A stretch of DNA of 64,000 nucleotides from the human T2T-CHM13v2.0 reference genome, Homo sapiens. How positions within the stretch are numbered: the first letter of the stretch is position 1; each line of letters opens with the position of its first letter. Below the pieces are notes generated by a model. That model was not told where the DNA came from. It did no database searches and was given only the letters and a program-made list of their open reading frames with translations. The stretch lies in NCBI RefSeq assembly GCF_009914755.1, contig NC_060935.1; one strand, written 5' to 3'. Position numbers and translations under genes: made by a program. Shown one piece after another: positions 39,191 through 52,650 of the stretch.

Positions 39191-40264
39191 TCATTAAAGC
39201 ACCCCTTCCTGTTGAGGGTACTCACTACACTATGCTTCTCTTCTGCATGCCTTCCAGGAGGTTTTGCTGGGTTTTTGTTTGTTTGTTTGTTTGTTTTTTA
39301 GCCCTCTACCATTCTCACTTGCCTGCCCCACTCCTCGGTTCACACATCTCCCCAGCAGCACATGGCTATCTCTTGATGACCATTGGGAAAGAAGGCATCA
39401 TGTCGACATAGGACAAGACTGGCATTCTGTATTTTTTCTTGTAAGCCTCTCCCCACAACCATAACACAAAGCTCAAATGTCTTCTAGGCAGCCCAAGCCC
39501 TTCAGCATCCTCCCACTGACACCGCACAGAAGACAACATTTCAAATCCTGTACAAGGATTCTGTGGTGTTCCTCTCTCCACCGCCCAAGCCTGCATTTTC
39601 CAGATGGACAGCTCTGCTGCAGGCACTTCAGTATCAGAAGCAAATATACCCCAAACAGCTTTTTGTCATGCACCTGTCTTTCCCTAGAGCTCTGCCTCAC
39701 CTTACAGAGTCAGCGGGGAGGAGATAAACCCCCAGGGGTTCAACAAAGCAAAGCTTCCTTAGAATTTGTGGGGATTTCAATTCTGGCTAAACCACCAGGT
39801 TCATACCCTCAGGGGACATCACAAAGAGATTTGAAGATTTTATACTAAGGCAGTTTTTTTCCCCCTTTGATTAAAATACACCAAAAACACTGTTCTGATG
39901 AGTAGGACATTAATTGAATACCCTATTTCCAAATAAACTAAGGGTTTTGGAGAGTTGGAGAATTATAGTTAGGACGAATAATGATGAGTTTCAAATACAT
40001 GAAGAGCTCTCCAGCTAAAATTAAAATAACCAGCAACTAAATCAAGTGAAACAGACCAGCATTATAGAATAATCATTTGAGGTCACTCCATTATTCAATA
40101 AACATATTTTTTAACCTGAGTCTATGGTGTGCCTGTCACTGTGCTAGAAACTATACTTGATGAACAGGACTAAAGAGGTCACTGCCCTCATAGAGCTTAG
40201 ATTTGGGCAGAATGCTGGGAAGCATATCTTGACACTGTCTGCAGGAGACTTCATGTCCACGTGC

Positions 40265-40799
40265 TTCATACTTTAGGGGACATCTGCCCTTCACCGCCAG
40301 CCCAGTGTCCCTTATTTTGTCCATGGCACCTGGATGTTGCCTTTAGAGAGCAACCTCTATGTCCAGATCAGTTCTGCTGGCTCTGGAGCCAGGCATGTGG
40401 GCCAGTCCCTTTGAGAACACTGTGTGTCCTTGGGGATAGTGATTGTTTCCCAGATGAGCAGGTGGCCAAAGTCAAGCAATGAGAGCCACCCAGCCACATG
40501 AGACTTTGACTCCTGGATTTTCCAAATGGTTGGAAGTGAGCCATGATCTGCTAGACGCCAGCACATGGGGAACCTGCCAAGACTAAGGGCAACAGAGTGG
40601 AAAGCAGAGGCCTGAGCCCAGGGATGGAGAGGATCCTAATTACACCATTTGAGCCCCTGAATCCAGTTATTCTGAAGTCAGTTCTTCTTAGAGACTTTTG
40701 AGATATCTGAATTAAACCTCCCTCACTTTTTCACTCCCTTGAGTCATTTTGAGGTGGTATTCTATTCATTGCAACCACAACAGGTCTTGACTAACAACA
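40265..40799 (+). mobile_element. MLT1J/K-like old MaLR solo LTR
   Basis: gatagtgattgtttcccagatgagcaggtggccaaagtcaagcaatgaga...tttgagcccctgaatccag...ttgcaaccacaacaggtcttgactaacaaca. Confidence 0.65.
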
Positions 40800-41159
40800 G
40801 TTAAGAATTTCATTCATTTTCAGCTGGCCTTTGAACAGGAACATCTCCATCTGCTGTGTTTATGACACATCTTGGTTGGACTCCCAGTTCATCATTCACC
40901 AGATTTGGGACCCTGATCCTTAGTTCTTTCACCTCTACACTGGTGATAATGTCAGAGCCTTCTTTCTAGGTTTGCTGAAAAATGCCTTGAGCTCATGATG
41001 GAGACTGCTTGGCACAGTGCCTGGCACATGGTAAGCCCTCAACGCATGGCGTGCATTGTGATTATGATGATCACGGTCATTATCATAATCATCATCATAA
41101 ACATCCCAAACCCTCTCTTGGCTCCATGCCCTTCCCTCTTGTAACTGCCTTGTTTCTCT

Positions 41160-42320
41160 GCTCTCTTTAACAACAAAGCTCTTCGTAAAAGATCACATAT
41201 GCTCTCTGATTTGCACTTTTTACTTTCTGTCCCCTGGTTTCCATCCACTCCAGTCAGGCTCTGTTCCCATTTTGCGATTGAAATTTCTGTTGTCAAGATC
41301 ACCTAGGAATTCCCCCATGCAAAAAACAATGATGAAATTTCCTCTTATTCTATTCAGTGCCTTTTAGCACAGATGACTCCTTCTTCCTCTTGAAGCACTT
41401 TTCTCAACTGGCTTCTGGGAAAGCACGCTCCAGGCTTTTCTTCGACCTAACCTCCATCGTCTGTCTCAGTCTTGGCTGGTTGTTCCTCCTCATCCAGATC
41501 AGCTCTCCCTCCCTGCCTCATCTCACTGAGTTCGTGCCCAGGAAAACCACTCATTCCTAATGGCTTTGGGATACACACCTCTATTCCCAATCCCTCTTCT
41601 CAAGTCCTTCAATCTAACCATCCACATGGCAACTTCACTTGGATGTCCAACAGCGCCCTTAAATATGCATAATGAGCAAAACTGACTTTTCCTTTTCACC
41701 ACCACTCTCTTCCCCTGAAATCTGCTCCCTTTCATGGGGTCTCAATCTTGGTAAACACCATTGCCATTCTTACTTTCTCAGGCTAAAACCCTAGATGTCA
41801 TCTTTGATTCTTCTCTTTTCCTGGTCACCCTTCAGCAGGCACTGTAGGCTCTGGCTTCAGGTTTATTCCAAATATGAGTCTATATCATTTTCCCCACCTT
41901 TCCCACCTGAGTCCAGGCATAGGACCACTGCAGCAGGCTCTGACTGGCCCTGCTCTCATCATGTTGGCCCTCTTATACATTGACAGATCAGCTCATACTT
42001 CTGTCACCTCAAAACCTCTGGTGGCTTTCTATTATACCTGTCATCAAACCCAAACTTCTTAAAAAGTCAGATGGCATTTATGTCATATGTGGCACCTGCA
42101 CCCTTTTCTAACAGTCACTTGCAGACTCTATCTCCTTGTCTGTCCCTTGTCACTGTACCCCAGCCACACTCAGTGTGCACCAGGAGTCTCCAGAAGTGCC
42201 GCACTGGAACCAGGCTCAGAGCTTTTGTTGCTGCTGTTACTTTTGCCTGGAACACTGCTCTCCCAGGGCTGCTCCTTACAGAGGCTTCTCATTATTAACT
42301 TCATCTATTTGTTGTCTGCC
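41160..42320 (+). mobile_element. L2 LINE fragments
   Basis: gactccttcttcctcttgaagcacttttctc...cttcacttggatgtccaacagcgccctta...ctcaggctaaaaccctagatgtcatctttgattcttctct, typical L2 body. Confidence 0.75.
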
Positions 42321-42512
42321 TTTACTGGTTGGGCACATCATCACAGGGGCATAGACGAAACACTTACAGGAATTTAAAATCAACAGGCAAAGATGATTTC
42401 GATTTAACCATCAGAAATGGGGACACTTCTGAGTCTACTCTCTCCTCATAAAGCCTTAGAGAGTCCAACTGCCTCTTCTCAGCCTAGTGTGGAGACCTGA
42501 AGTTGAGAAACA

Positions 42513-43875
42513 TACTTCCAAGTGGCGAGATCCTGTGAAGGAGCTGCCTTTACTATACAATGCTGCCTCCATGATACTTCCAAGTGGTGAGACCCCATGA
42601 AGGAGCCACCTCTACTGTACAATGCTGCCTCCATGATACTTCCAAGTGGTGAGACTCCATGAGGGAGCCGCCTCTACCATATAATGCTGCCTCCATGATA
42701 CTTCCAAGTGGTGAGACCCCACGAGGGAGCACCTCTATCGTACAATGCTGCCTCCATGATACTTCCAAGTAGTGAGACTCCATGAGGGAGCCACCTCTAC
42801 TGTACAATGCTGCCTCCATGATACTTCCAAGTGGTGAGACTCCATGAGGGAGCCGCCTCTACCGTACAATGCTGCCTCCATGATACTTCCAAGTGGTGAG
42901 ACCCCATGAGGGAGCCGCCTCTACCATATAATGCTGCCTCCATGATACTTCCAAGTGGTGAGACTCCATGAAGGAGCCACCTCTACTGTACAATGCTGCC
43001 TCCATGATACTTCCAAGTGGTGAGACTCCATGAGGGAGCCACCTCTACCGTATAATGCTGCCTCCATGATACTTCCAAGTGGTGAGACCCCATGAGGGAG
43101 CCACCTCTATCATACAATGCAGCCTCCATGATACTTCCAAGTAGTGAGACTCCATGAGGGAGCCACCTCTACTGTACAATGCTGCCTCCATGATACTTCC
43201 AAGTGGTGAGACCCCATGAGGGAGACGCCTCTACCGTATAATGCTGCCTCTATGATACTTCCAAGTGGTGAGACTTCATGAGGGAGCCGCCTCTACCGTA
43301 CAATGCTGCCTCCATGATACTTCCAAGTGGTGAGACCCCATGAGGGAGACGCCTCTACCGTATAATGCCGCCTCTATGATACTTCCAAGTAGTGAGACTC
43401 CATGAGGGAGCCGCCTCTACCGTACAATGCTGCCTCCATGATACTTCCAAGTGGTGAGACTCCATGAGGGAGCCGCCTCTACCATACAATGCTGCCTCCA
43501 TGATACTTCCAAGTGGTGAGACCCCATGAGGGAGCCACCTCTATCGTACAATGCTGCCTCCATGATACTTCCAAGTAGTGAGACTCCATGAGGGAGCCAC
43601 CTCTACTGTACAATGCTGCCTCCATGATACTTCCAAGTGGTGAGACTCCATGAGGGAGCCGCCTCTACCGTATAATGCTGCCTCCATGGTACTTCCAAGT
43701 GGTGAGACCCCATGAGGGAGACGCCTCTACTGTACAATGCTGCCTCCATGATACTTCCAAGTGGTGAGACCCCATGAGGGAGCCACCTCTACCATACAAT
43801 GCTGCCTCCATGATAATTCCAAGTGGTGAGACTCCATGAGGGAGCCGCCTCTACCGTATAATGCTGCCTCCATGG
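42513..43875 (+). repeat. Minisatellite/VNTR, 62-bp unit x 22 copies
   Basis: Unit tacttccaagtggtgagacYccatgagggagccRcctctacYRtaYaatgctgcctccatga; starts at 42513, 42575, 42637, 42699, 42760 ... 43814 (21x62 + 1x61 = 1363 bp). Confidence 0.98.
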
Positions 43876-44657
43876 TAAAAGAGAGAATATTTAAATATTT
43901 GGTGTTCAAATGACTCAAAAGGCCCAGTTATCATGGATTGGGAGGAAGGGAAGCAAAACAAACTGGGAGATGGAGGGGGACAGAGAATGATTTATAAATG
44001 ATTGTTATTCTATATGTGATATCTAATAAAAAGTCATCCGTGGTCATTCCTAAACATCTGATGTAAAATTGATTGTAATTTCATAAACTACTGTGTGGCC
44101 CTAAAAGGAAAAATGAGTGACTGAGAGGCTCAGTGAACATGAATACAGAATGATTAGCTTCATAAACATCTGAATCCATACCTGCTTAGAGTCTCTGGGG
44201 AATTGGAAATCAATCAGGTAAGCCAGATCAATGCTAAATCTCTCCCCAGATTCAGTAAATCTCTAATCGTGGAGAGAATGTCTCTTTTTATGAAAACCAA
44301 AATAAACCAGGACACATTTAAATCTACTGTAAAATTAACTAGTTATTTCAGAATTCCCCAAAATTAAAAGTCTGGGGAAGAAAGTCTATTTTTACAGATG
44401 AAGCAACATTCCTCCAAACTCAGTTTAACTGAACTTTATCCTACATCTATGATGTTATTACCTGATTAATTCAGCCTGATTCTAATCACATTTAATCTCT
44501 GCCAAGCCCTCAAGCATGTGCAGTACTCAGATGGTTTTCTATTAATTTTTAATCACTATGTATGGTTCCGTAAGTGTAAAATCTCATTCATGGACATTGT
44601 TTTCTTTGTGAAACAGATTCTCAACTCCTCGAGGGGAGAGACATTAGGTGGCTTACT

Positions 44658-44961
<304 letters not shown>

Positions 44962-45199
44962 TAGGTCGCTTACTCTTTTATCCTTTGTCTTTAATTTTAT
45001 TTGACCAGGGTTCTGTTCCTTAGATGTAGGTAGGTAGGATCACATGTGAAATACTTGGCTCCAGAGTCTAAGGGAATACCTCTTACATAACCTCTGTTGC
45101 CAGGAGGGCCAATGTAGATCATAGATTGGCATGGGGTTTGATTCAGAATTGTCCAAGGCCAAAGGCTGCTGGATTTGGGGCCCACTCCCTTAATCAGGT

Positions 45200-45610
45200 C
45201 AGCTGGCGGCTCTTCGACTGATTGCCCAGTTCCAGTCTCTGCCCTTCCTGTCCTGCTCTGTGCCTTGGAGACTCTGCTGTCTGCAGATACCACCACCCCA
45301 GCTTCCCTTGCCTTCTGCTTCTGGGTGGGTGTGGCCAGTAGAATTCTCCAGTAGGACATGGGAGGTGGAGGACAGAGTTTGAGGTCCTATCACCCAGCTC
45401 CTGTCAGGCAGCTCCACTTGCAAAGCTATAGCCTGCCCCTGTCCCTAGCAACTGGTCTGCTATTTGCCCTTTTTTCAAAGGACAGAAATGACTCCCACTG
45501 TTGCTAGTCACCATCACATGTGTCCTGTGAACTCTGCCCACACCTCTGTCATCGTCCCTTCATTGCACATCCTTCTGTTCAATCCATTGGGTTTTCTGCA
45601 TGACCCTCTC
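45200..45610 (+). mobile_element. LTR33-like (ERVL) solo LTR
   Basis: ctgctctgtgccttggag...cccttgccttctgcttctgggtgggtgtggccagt...ctcccactgttgctagtc...ctgcccacacctctgt. Confidence 0.65.
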
Positions 45611-47115
45611 AAGTCCTTAGTACTCTCAGGGGCACAATGAGGGGCACCAGACAAAAATGTGTGAACTCCTGCAGTGCCAGAGACAAAGTTCCAGGTGTTT
45701 GCAATATAAAAAATTAATTAAACACCCTATCTTTTCTAACCCTGTACATCTGTTTTCTTTAGAACACATCATAATATACTTTATTTTTACTAGTGCGTTA
45801 TCTGCCTTCCGCACTAGACTAGGAATACCTCCAGGGCTAGAGCTATGTCTGTTTTACTCAATGTATTTCCAGCTCCTGGCCAGTACCTGGCACAGAGCTT
45901 GTTTACATTTGTAAAGCTCTTGGAGAATTTTAAACTGAGTGGTAAAGCCAGGCAAATAATTAACTATAATATAATGTGACAAATGTTTGAAAGTAGCATT
46001 ATTAAAGTTATCAAACCATAGAGGAGGAGGAAGGGTTTGATTCTTCCTTGGTTGCGTAAAGACTTCAGGAAAGAAATCACCGAGAGGTGACACATGACGT
46101 GGAATTTAAAGGATGAGTGAAGTTCCCCAGAAAGAAAGTAGCAAAAGGAGAGCAATTCCAGGTACAAACAGCATCAGAGATGCAGGAGAGCATGGTGTGT
46201 TTGCATGTTTGCAGACTGGGGCGGGGGCACGCGGGGTGCATCCTGATACACACAGAGACATGGGGATTCCAGCAAGAGCTCAGATAAATGGGGCGGGCAG
46301 GTGTCACATCGAGCATGCCACCCACTCCTCAACCAGTTAGGGACTCTCTCCCTGTGTCCGCTTCTGTTTTATGATGCACCTCCTAGAGCCTAGAGTATCA
46401 GAAAGCAGCTAGTCCCGCTCCCATCAGGGCAGCTCTGGAGGGACCAGGCATCTCGGAGCACGCTGGCTAAATCAGGTAGTGAGCGCGGCTCCCCACGCCT
46501 GGGTTTTCGCTTCTCCTCTGTGCTTCTCGGCACCTCCCAGTAGAGGCCAGTAGTCTCATTTACACTTTTTGCCCAGCTTAACATCAACTGCTGAGAGTCT
46601 ATACATAACCTAAGTATTTTAAGGATAAAAATAATCTGGCAAGATGACTTTACAGTCAATAGATAGAAGTAACTTGCTCTTCAGGAGAAAAATGAAGCCT
46701 GAAGTGTGAAGATGCCCACAGGGAGGGTTCCAAGCTTGCCTCACTGACCTAGGCTGCCGCCACTGGGCTGGTAACTAAACCAGAAAATGAGAATTCCAGG
46801 GAAACTTTGCTCTAAGCTTCAGGCTTATGGTAACTTTGCAAGGACCTTTATCTTTTGTCATTGAAACAAATCAAATTTTCCTCCAGGACTACCTTGTGGA
46901 TTTCCAGCAGGCTGACTCCATGGTCCGAACATTGATTTTGTGTGTTATCATTCAGAGATCAAGGCAGTAATAGCACAGACCAGTACTAGGGACCTATCTA
47001 GAATTGTATTGCCACCTTGACATTTCTTATCTTACAGATAAAGCTCAAGGAAGACATCTAAAGGGTTTCTGGTCCCAGAGCCTTTGTACTCAAAGGATCT
47101 GCGGATTCTTTCATC

Positions 47116-47826
47116 TGGTGGTTCTTAGAGTGTGATCCACAAATCTCTAAGACTGCCCAAGACCTTTTAGGGAGGTCAGAACTATTGTCAGGATAACATT
47201 AGGACATTATTTGCCTTCTTCACTGTGTTGATATTTGCACTGATGGTGCAAAAGCAGTGGTGGGTAAGATGGCAGGAGCCTCAGGCATGGACAACCCCAG
47301 CACACAAAGCCCATTGCATGAGTAGTCACTGCACTCTTCACCTCCGCACGCTTGCAGGGAAACCCAAACGCCAGTTTCACTTAAGAATGCCCTCATTAAA
47401 CAAAGAAACACTTGATTTTATTACATTTCAAATCTTGAGTACACATTTTTAAAACTTTGCCTGGTGAGATGGAAGGGTCACCCAGAACACTTCTGCTGCA
47501 CAACCAAGTAGTATGATTGTCTCAAGAAAACATTCTTTTGTTTGAGTTGCAAGCTGAGCTAGCCACTGTTTTCATGGAGCACAATATGTGCTTGAAAGAA
47601 GGATGGACGATGTGTTATTATTAGACTTGGGTACTTGGCAGCCATTTTCTCAAAAGGGAATGAAATTAGTCAGTTGTTTCATGGAAACCAACTCACAGTA
47701 TCCACTGCCAGTGTTCAAATGTGAGCTTTCAGGTAAAGAATAGAATTTTGGAAAACTTTAATCAGCTACTATTATCTTTACAGCTGTTGATACTCCATCT
47801 TTTCTAGTGAGATCTGTGGTGATGTT
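47116..47826. mobile_element. Charlie1-like hAT DNA transposon fragment
   Basis: ggtggttcttagagtgtgatcc...ttatttgccttcttcactgtgttgatatttgcactgatggtgcaaaagcagtggtgggtaa...tagacttgggtacttggcagccattttctc. Confidence 0.85.
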
Positions 47827-47975
47827 CAGGCAAAAGACAGGATTTCAAATTCTAGATTTGCCACAAACTTTCCATCAGATATTTTAAGGCCGTTCCTTTC
47901 TCTGGATCTCATGCTACTAAACTTCAAAAAATGGAATTAGAATAAAGGATTTTTTAGGTCACTTCCAAATCTTAT

Positions 47976-48058
47976 TCTCCTCTCCCTCTCCCTCTCCCTC
48001 TCCCTCTCCTTCTCCCTCTCCCTCTCCCTCCCCCTCCACCTCCTTCTCCCCATCCCCT
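47976..48058 (+). repeat. (CTCTCC)n pyrimidine repeat
   Basis: Directly visible. Confidence 0.9.
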
Positions 48059-48844
48059 CAGGATTCACAGCTTCTAAGCTTCTAATTCAGGAAGAGTATT
48101 TACTACTGGTGTAAAGAGAGAGAACACAGAAGCTGTTAGAAGGGAATGATTCCTTCTGTCCTTCATTTTCACTGAGCACTGTACCAGCAGAACCTCTAAA
48201 ATATAAGCATCTGACACAATAGCCGCATGCTGTTACATATAGTCACATGTAGAAGACAGTTCTCCACCCTTAAAACACACCTCAGTGCCTGCGTGCAGGT
48301 CTAGGCTCAGACCTGTCTGTCCCACGCTCAGGACAAAGTCACCCCTAAGGTCAGAGAGAGACAGTAGGTGCAGGCAGGGTGTGGAGGGGAGGGGCAGCCA
48401 CCAGGCCTTGGCTCCCCAGGTCCCTGCTCCTACTGTGGCTGCATGACAGGACCTGCCAGGTGAGAAAACAGGCCTCTTATTGGGAAGGCAGGTGCCTCAT
48501 TCAAGATTCTACGTTTTCCTGAAGGGTGCTGAGAAAGCCTTAGAGCAACTTAGAAGTCAAGCCCACCTGGAGGGCTGGGAACGCTGCACACAGCAGCCCC
48601 TGGCTAAACACTGCTGACTGGGCAGCTGGCTGCATGCAGAGATGACAGGCTCACCAAACCCTACGTGGGCATCAGCCAGTGGGCCCATTGCCTCCAGGGC
48701 TGCAGAGACTGCTTTTCCAAGTTTGCCCCCCTCAACAAGATCACTTTTGCCTCCACTTAACTTTTGCTATAGTTGAATTTCCTTAAAGTGTGTCTAAGAG
48801 GGATGCGAGCTAAAGAAAGAAAAAGGATAATAGTTTTTGTTTGA

Positions 48845-48983
48845 TTTTATTTTCATGTTTATTTTTAGTGTTGGGGAGTGTCCCTATGTTGCTCAGGCTG
48901 GTCTTGAACTCCTGGGTTTAAGCAGTCCTCCTGCCTGAGCCTCCCAAACTGCTAGGATTACAAGAGTGTATCACCACACCCAA
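48845..48983 (-). mobile_element. FLAM_C-like Alu monomer
   Basis: ctatgttgctcaggctggtcttgaactcctgggtttaagcagtcctcctgcctgagcctccc; degenerate TSD ggataatagtttttgttt / gaatgacagttttgttt. Confidence 0.85.
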
Positions 48984-51329
48984 GAAGAATGACAGTTTTG
49001 TTTGAAGCTGATCATTTTGGTTGACTGCAAGAAGATAATCCTTTGTGTTAATTTCTTCTCTGTTTAAAACTGTCTACGTCTCCAAAAAGCTGGGGAACTA
49101 TTGGCAGACTCCAAAGGATTCTACCTCTTCCTCTTCCTTTCCTTTACAGTCTGCAAAGCCTGCAGTCACAAAGAACTAATTCTGCAGTGGATGTGTTTTG
49201 CTTCCTCACATCTGGATATGGGGAGAAGGGAAGTGGGAAGTGGGGATGGGGCTGCAGGCATGGGAAGAGCCCTGGAGATGGAAAGGAAATATCCTTGTGG
49301 GACTAAATTGCATTCACCATAATAAACTATCACCTTGAAATGAGTGTTCCAATTGAGTTTTGATGTAAACACTAATATTTTCTTCACTCTGCTATTCTCT
49401 TCTGAGCTCTCATGTATATTTCACCACGTGTCCTACCTAGTCTTACACTCATACATCAAAGGATTGAGGGCAAGGAACCTGATTTTGAAAACATTATTCT
49501 TTTAAAGATTTATCCTCTCATCTTGACCACCTCCTTAGCTGGAAGGGAGAAGTTCTCCATAATTTATTTTAATGTGCTATGCAAAAGGGATCTTCTCATC
49601 TCTTCTTTCAAAAACTTTTCCGCAAGTCAGATTAGACAGGGCCCTCAGTTCCATTTCGTTTGTTTTCCATCCAAGCACACTTAAGTGCATGCATAAATGG
49701 GACACTAAACAGAAATTGAGGTGGGGGTGGGGGCTGAAAAGTTTGAGAATTTCATGGAAACTTTTGAGGAAGCCCATTGGATGGGGGCATAGGGTCTTGT
49801 TTAGCTACAAAAGGTGACACCAACTTTGGTTTTAGAATAAATTTCCTAGCACTGGGTGTAAAGACACCTTTCCTAGTGAAACTGTTAGCCTGGCCTAAGC
49901 TCTGTGTCATTCCAAGGGTATATGTTGTGCTAATCTCCATTATGCTCAAAGCTGCAAGTTTCCAGAGTCCACAGTGTCAGGGAGGAAAGCACAGGAGCAG
50001 CTTGCATCAGACTCCACCCGTAACACCAGACTCTACCGCAAATGTGATTCTAAATTTCTCACCCCAGATACCTGTCCTTGCCTCTGCCAGACTGGACAGA
50101 CCCGAGTGAAAGGAAGTCCATGAATCCCCGCTGCACTTCCTTATCTTAAATCTCTCAGGTCCTTTTACCACCTGCATGTAGGCAAAATCGGTGTCTTCTC
50201 GAGCCTTTTCTGTTCAATTCTGACTGGCGTTACCACTATTGACAAATACTGCTGAGTAGTTTTCCAAACATTTTTAATTTGCAAATGATATCATTTAATA
50301 GAACCGAGGCTCAAGAGTCCTCCTTGCTCATAAAACATTAGTTTCCAGCTTAATGTCAAGGATTTTGGTAAAGGTCTTGGTTCAGAACGTTGCACCCTGC
50401 TTAGGTTCCAACCCTTCATCCCTCCTTTCCCTACAGATGAGATCTTCTGAGCCCTGCTTGTAGATTTAATGCGTCACCGCACCCAAGACTGCCTGAGCGG
50501 CATCCTTGGAGACCCCACTGCCCACTCTTGCTGCCAGTTCAGCTTCCATCTCCTGTTCCAGCTGGGGTTTAGGGCTGCCTCAGCAACCTTGTCATTGATC
50601 CCAATCCTGATCACTGGACCCAAGCATCGTTCCCGCCCCTGAGCCTCTGCCTTGCCAAGCTGTACTCCACAGCAGCCTCCCTAGGAATGGCTTTCTGCCT
50701 TGCTCCAGCACTGCTGCATGCAGCCAGCCGGCAGCTGCAGCGCTGGGGACTGATCTGAGGTACCCCTGCAAGACACCACTGTCTGTAAAGACAGCCGCAT
50801 CCTCCTTGTGCCTGTCCAGTGCCTCCCATGGCCGGGGGCCAGCATGGGGCTTTGGGGTCATGGAGTTTTCCCGTTGTATTCCAGTCATTGTCTCAGCACG
50901 TGCTGTGAGTTCTACCGGTCAGTCCAGAGACCAGCCTTCGCAGTGTAAGTTTAGTTCCTATTCTGTCCCTTCCTATCTCTTTCTAGGGGCTCCAGTCTAT
51001 AAGAGTTACCCAGAGTGGTACAGGCTCCGAGTGAGAACAGACACATGTCATACAACGGCGGAGAGAAGCAACCAGAGGGCTGGTCCCCTGGGCCACGGCT
51101 AGCCCTCAGGGATGCCTTTTCCAGCCTCCTGTCTCCTTCTTAAACCCAACAGACTAGACAGCCTCCCATGGGGTCAGAAAGGAGGAAAGCCACGTTGTGC
51201 TCTTAGAAGAGGTCCCAGGGAGCCACATTTCGTGGGCTCTGCAGTGGTGTGCCTGCACTTCAGACTGTGAAGCGGCTGCCTTCGAACCTATTTTTATAGG
51301 ATGTGAATGATGACTTTGGGTCCTATTAA

Positions 51330-51683
<354 letters not shown>

Positions 51684-51944
51684 CCGGTTGGTGATTATTA
51701 ATACCAGCTAGATCTTCAAAGCCATTCCTGAATTGAGAACGATTTCATGGGTGTTTTTGTGAAACGGGCTAGCTGTCAGCCGGGATTGATCACTTGACTG
51801 TGTCAGTTGCAGACAGGGCTGGAAGATATGGCTTTAATTTTCTTTCTTTCTTTCTTTCTTTAACCACAAAACAAAACACAAAACTGTTTCCTCAAGCCCC
51901 TTGTATTGGGGCCTATTGCAGGTGAAGGGGGCTGACCAAAGGAA

Positions 51945-52650
51945 GGAGGTGGCGCTGATCCAGAGGAGGCTGAGTGAGGGGTGGAGCGGAGCCCAGCCGA
52001 GGGAGGGAAGGAGAGGAACGCCGGCCCACTAGCCGACCCCAGCGCAACCCAGCGCGGTTCCCAGACGCTGCCGGGTAACTGATGCCGCCGGCACAGCTTC
52101 TGTTCTCACTTGTGGAGCTTTGTCTCCCCTCGCTGGGCAGCCCCTGGTACCGCAACCCGCCTGGCCGCCTTCCCGGCTGAGGCCCCCGGGCAGAGCTCCT
52201 CCGCAGGGAGCATTCCCGTGGACAAACACCCCTTTCCCTGGTAGCTGTGGCAACAGTTGATCTGTGGCAGCGGACCAGGAGGAGGGTCAAATGGGAGAAG
52301 GGACGGCCAGCTGGTCCCACCAGAGACTGTCGCTGGCGTCCTCAGGGGCCGCTGCAGGCCCACCTTGTGTGCTTGCCCTTTCCCCACGGTAGACTGCCCC
52401 GGGAGGGGGACTGTGCTGCCTGAATTCTTGTCCGGGTGGGACTGGCCTCGGTGAAGGATCCGGGAATGGGACTTCCGGGCCGGGCCGGAGGGGAAGTGTC
52501 AGGAAGAGCTCAGGCTTTAGCGAGCCTGGAGGGAAGGGAAGGCTGAGGTCTCCTCTGCCTCCGCAGCCACACGGCCCGGCGCGGGGCAGGCCGGCAGTAA
52601 ACCTAAGAAGGCTTTATTCATTTCCTGGAAACGTTTCCTGGAAGCCTGGC
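51945..52650. promoter_or_regulatory. CpG-rich, GC-rich island-like element (candidate promoter or enhancer)
   Basis: About 40 CpG in about 650 bp by hand count against a CpG-poor background; non-repetitive; ETS site acttccgg at 52471-52478. Confidence 0.6.

Noticed and set aside
42513-43875. CRISPR-like array
   Set aside because: There are no unique spacers: the whole 62-bp unit is repeated. There are no cas genes and the context is primate DNA. It is a minisatellite.
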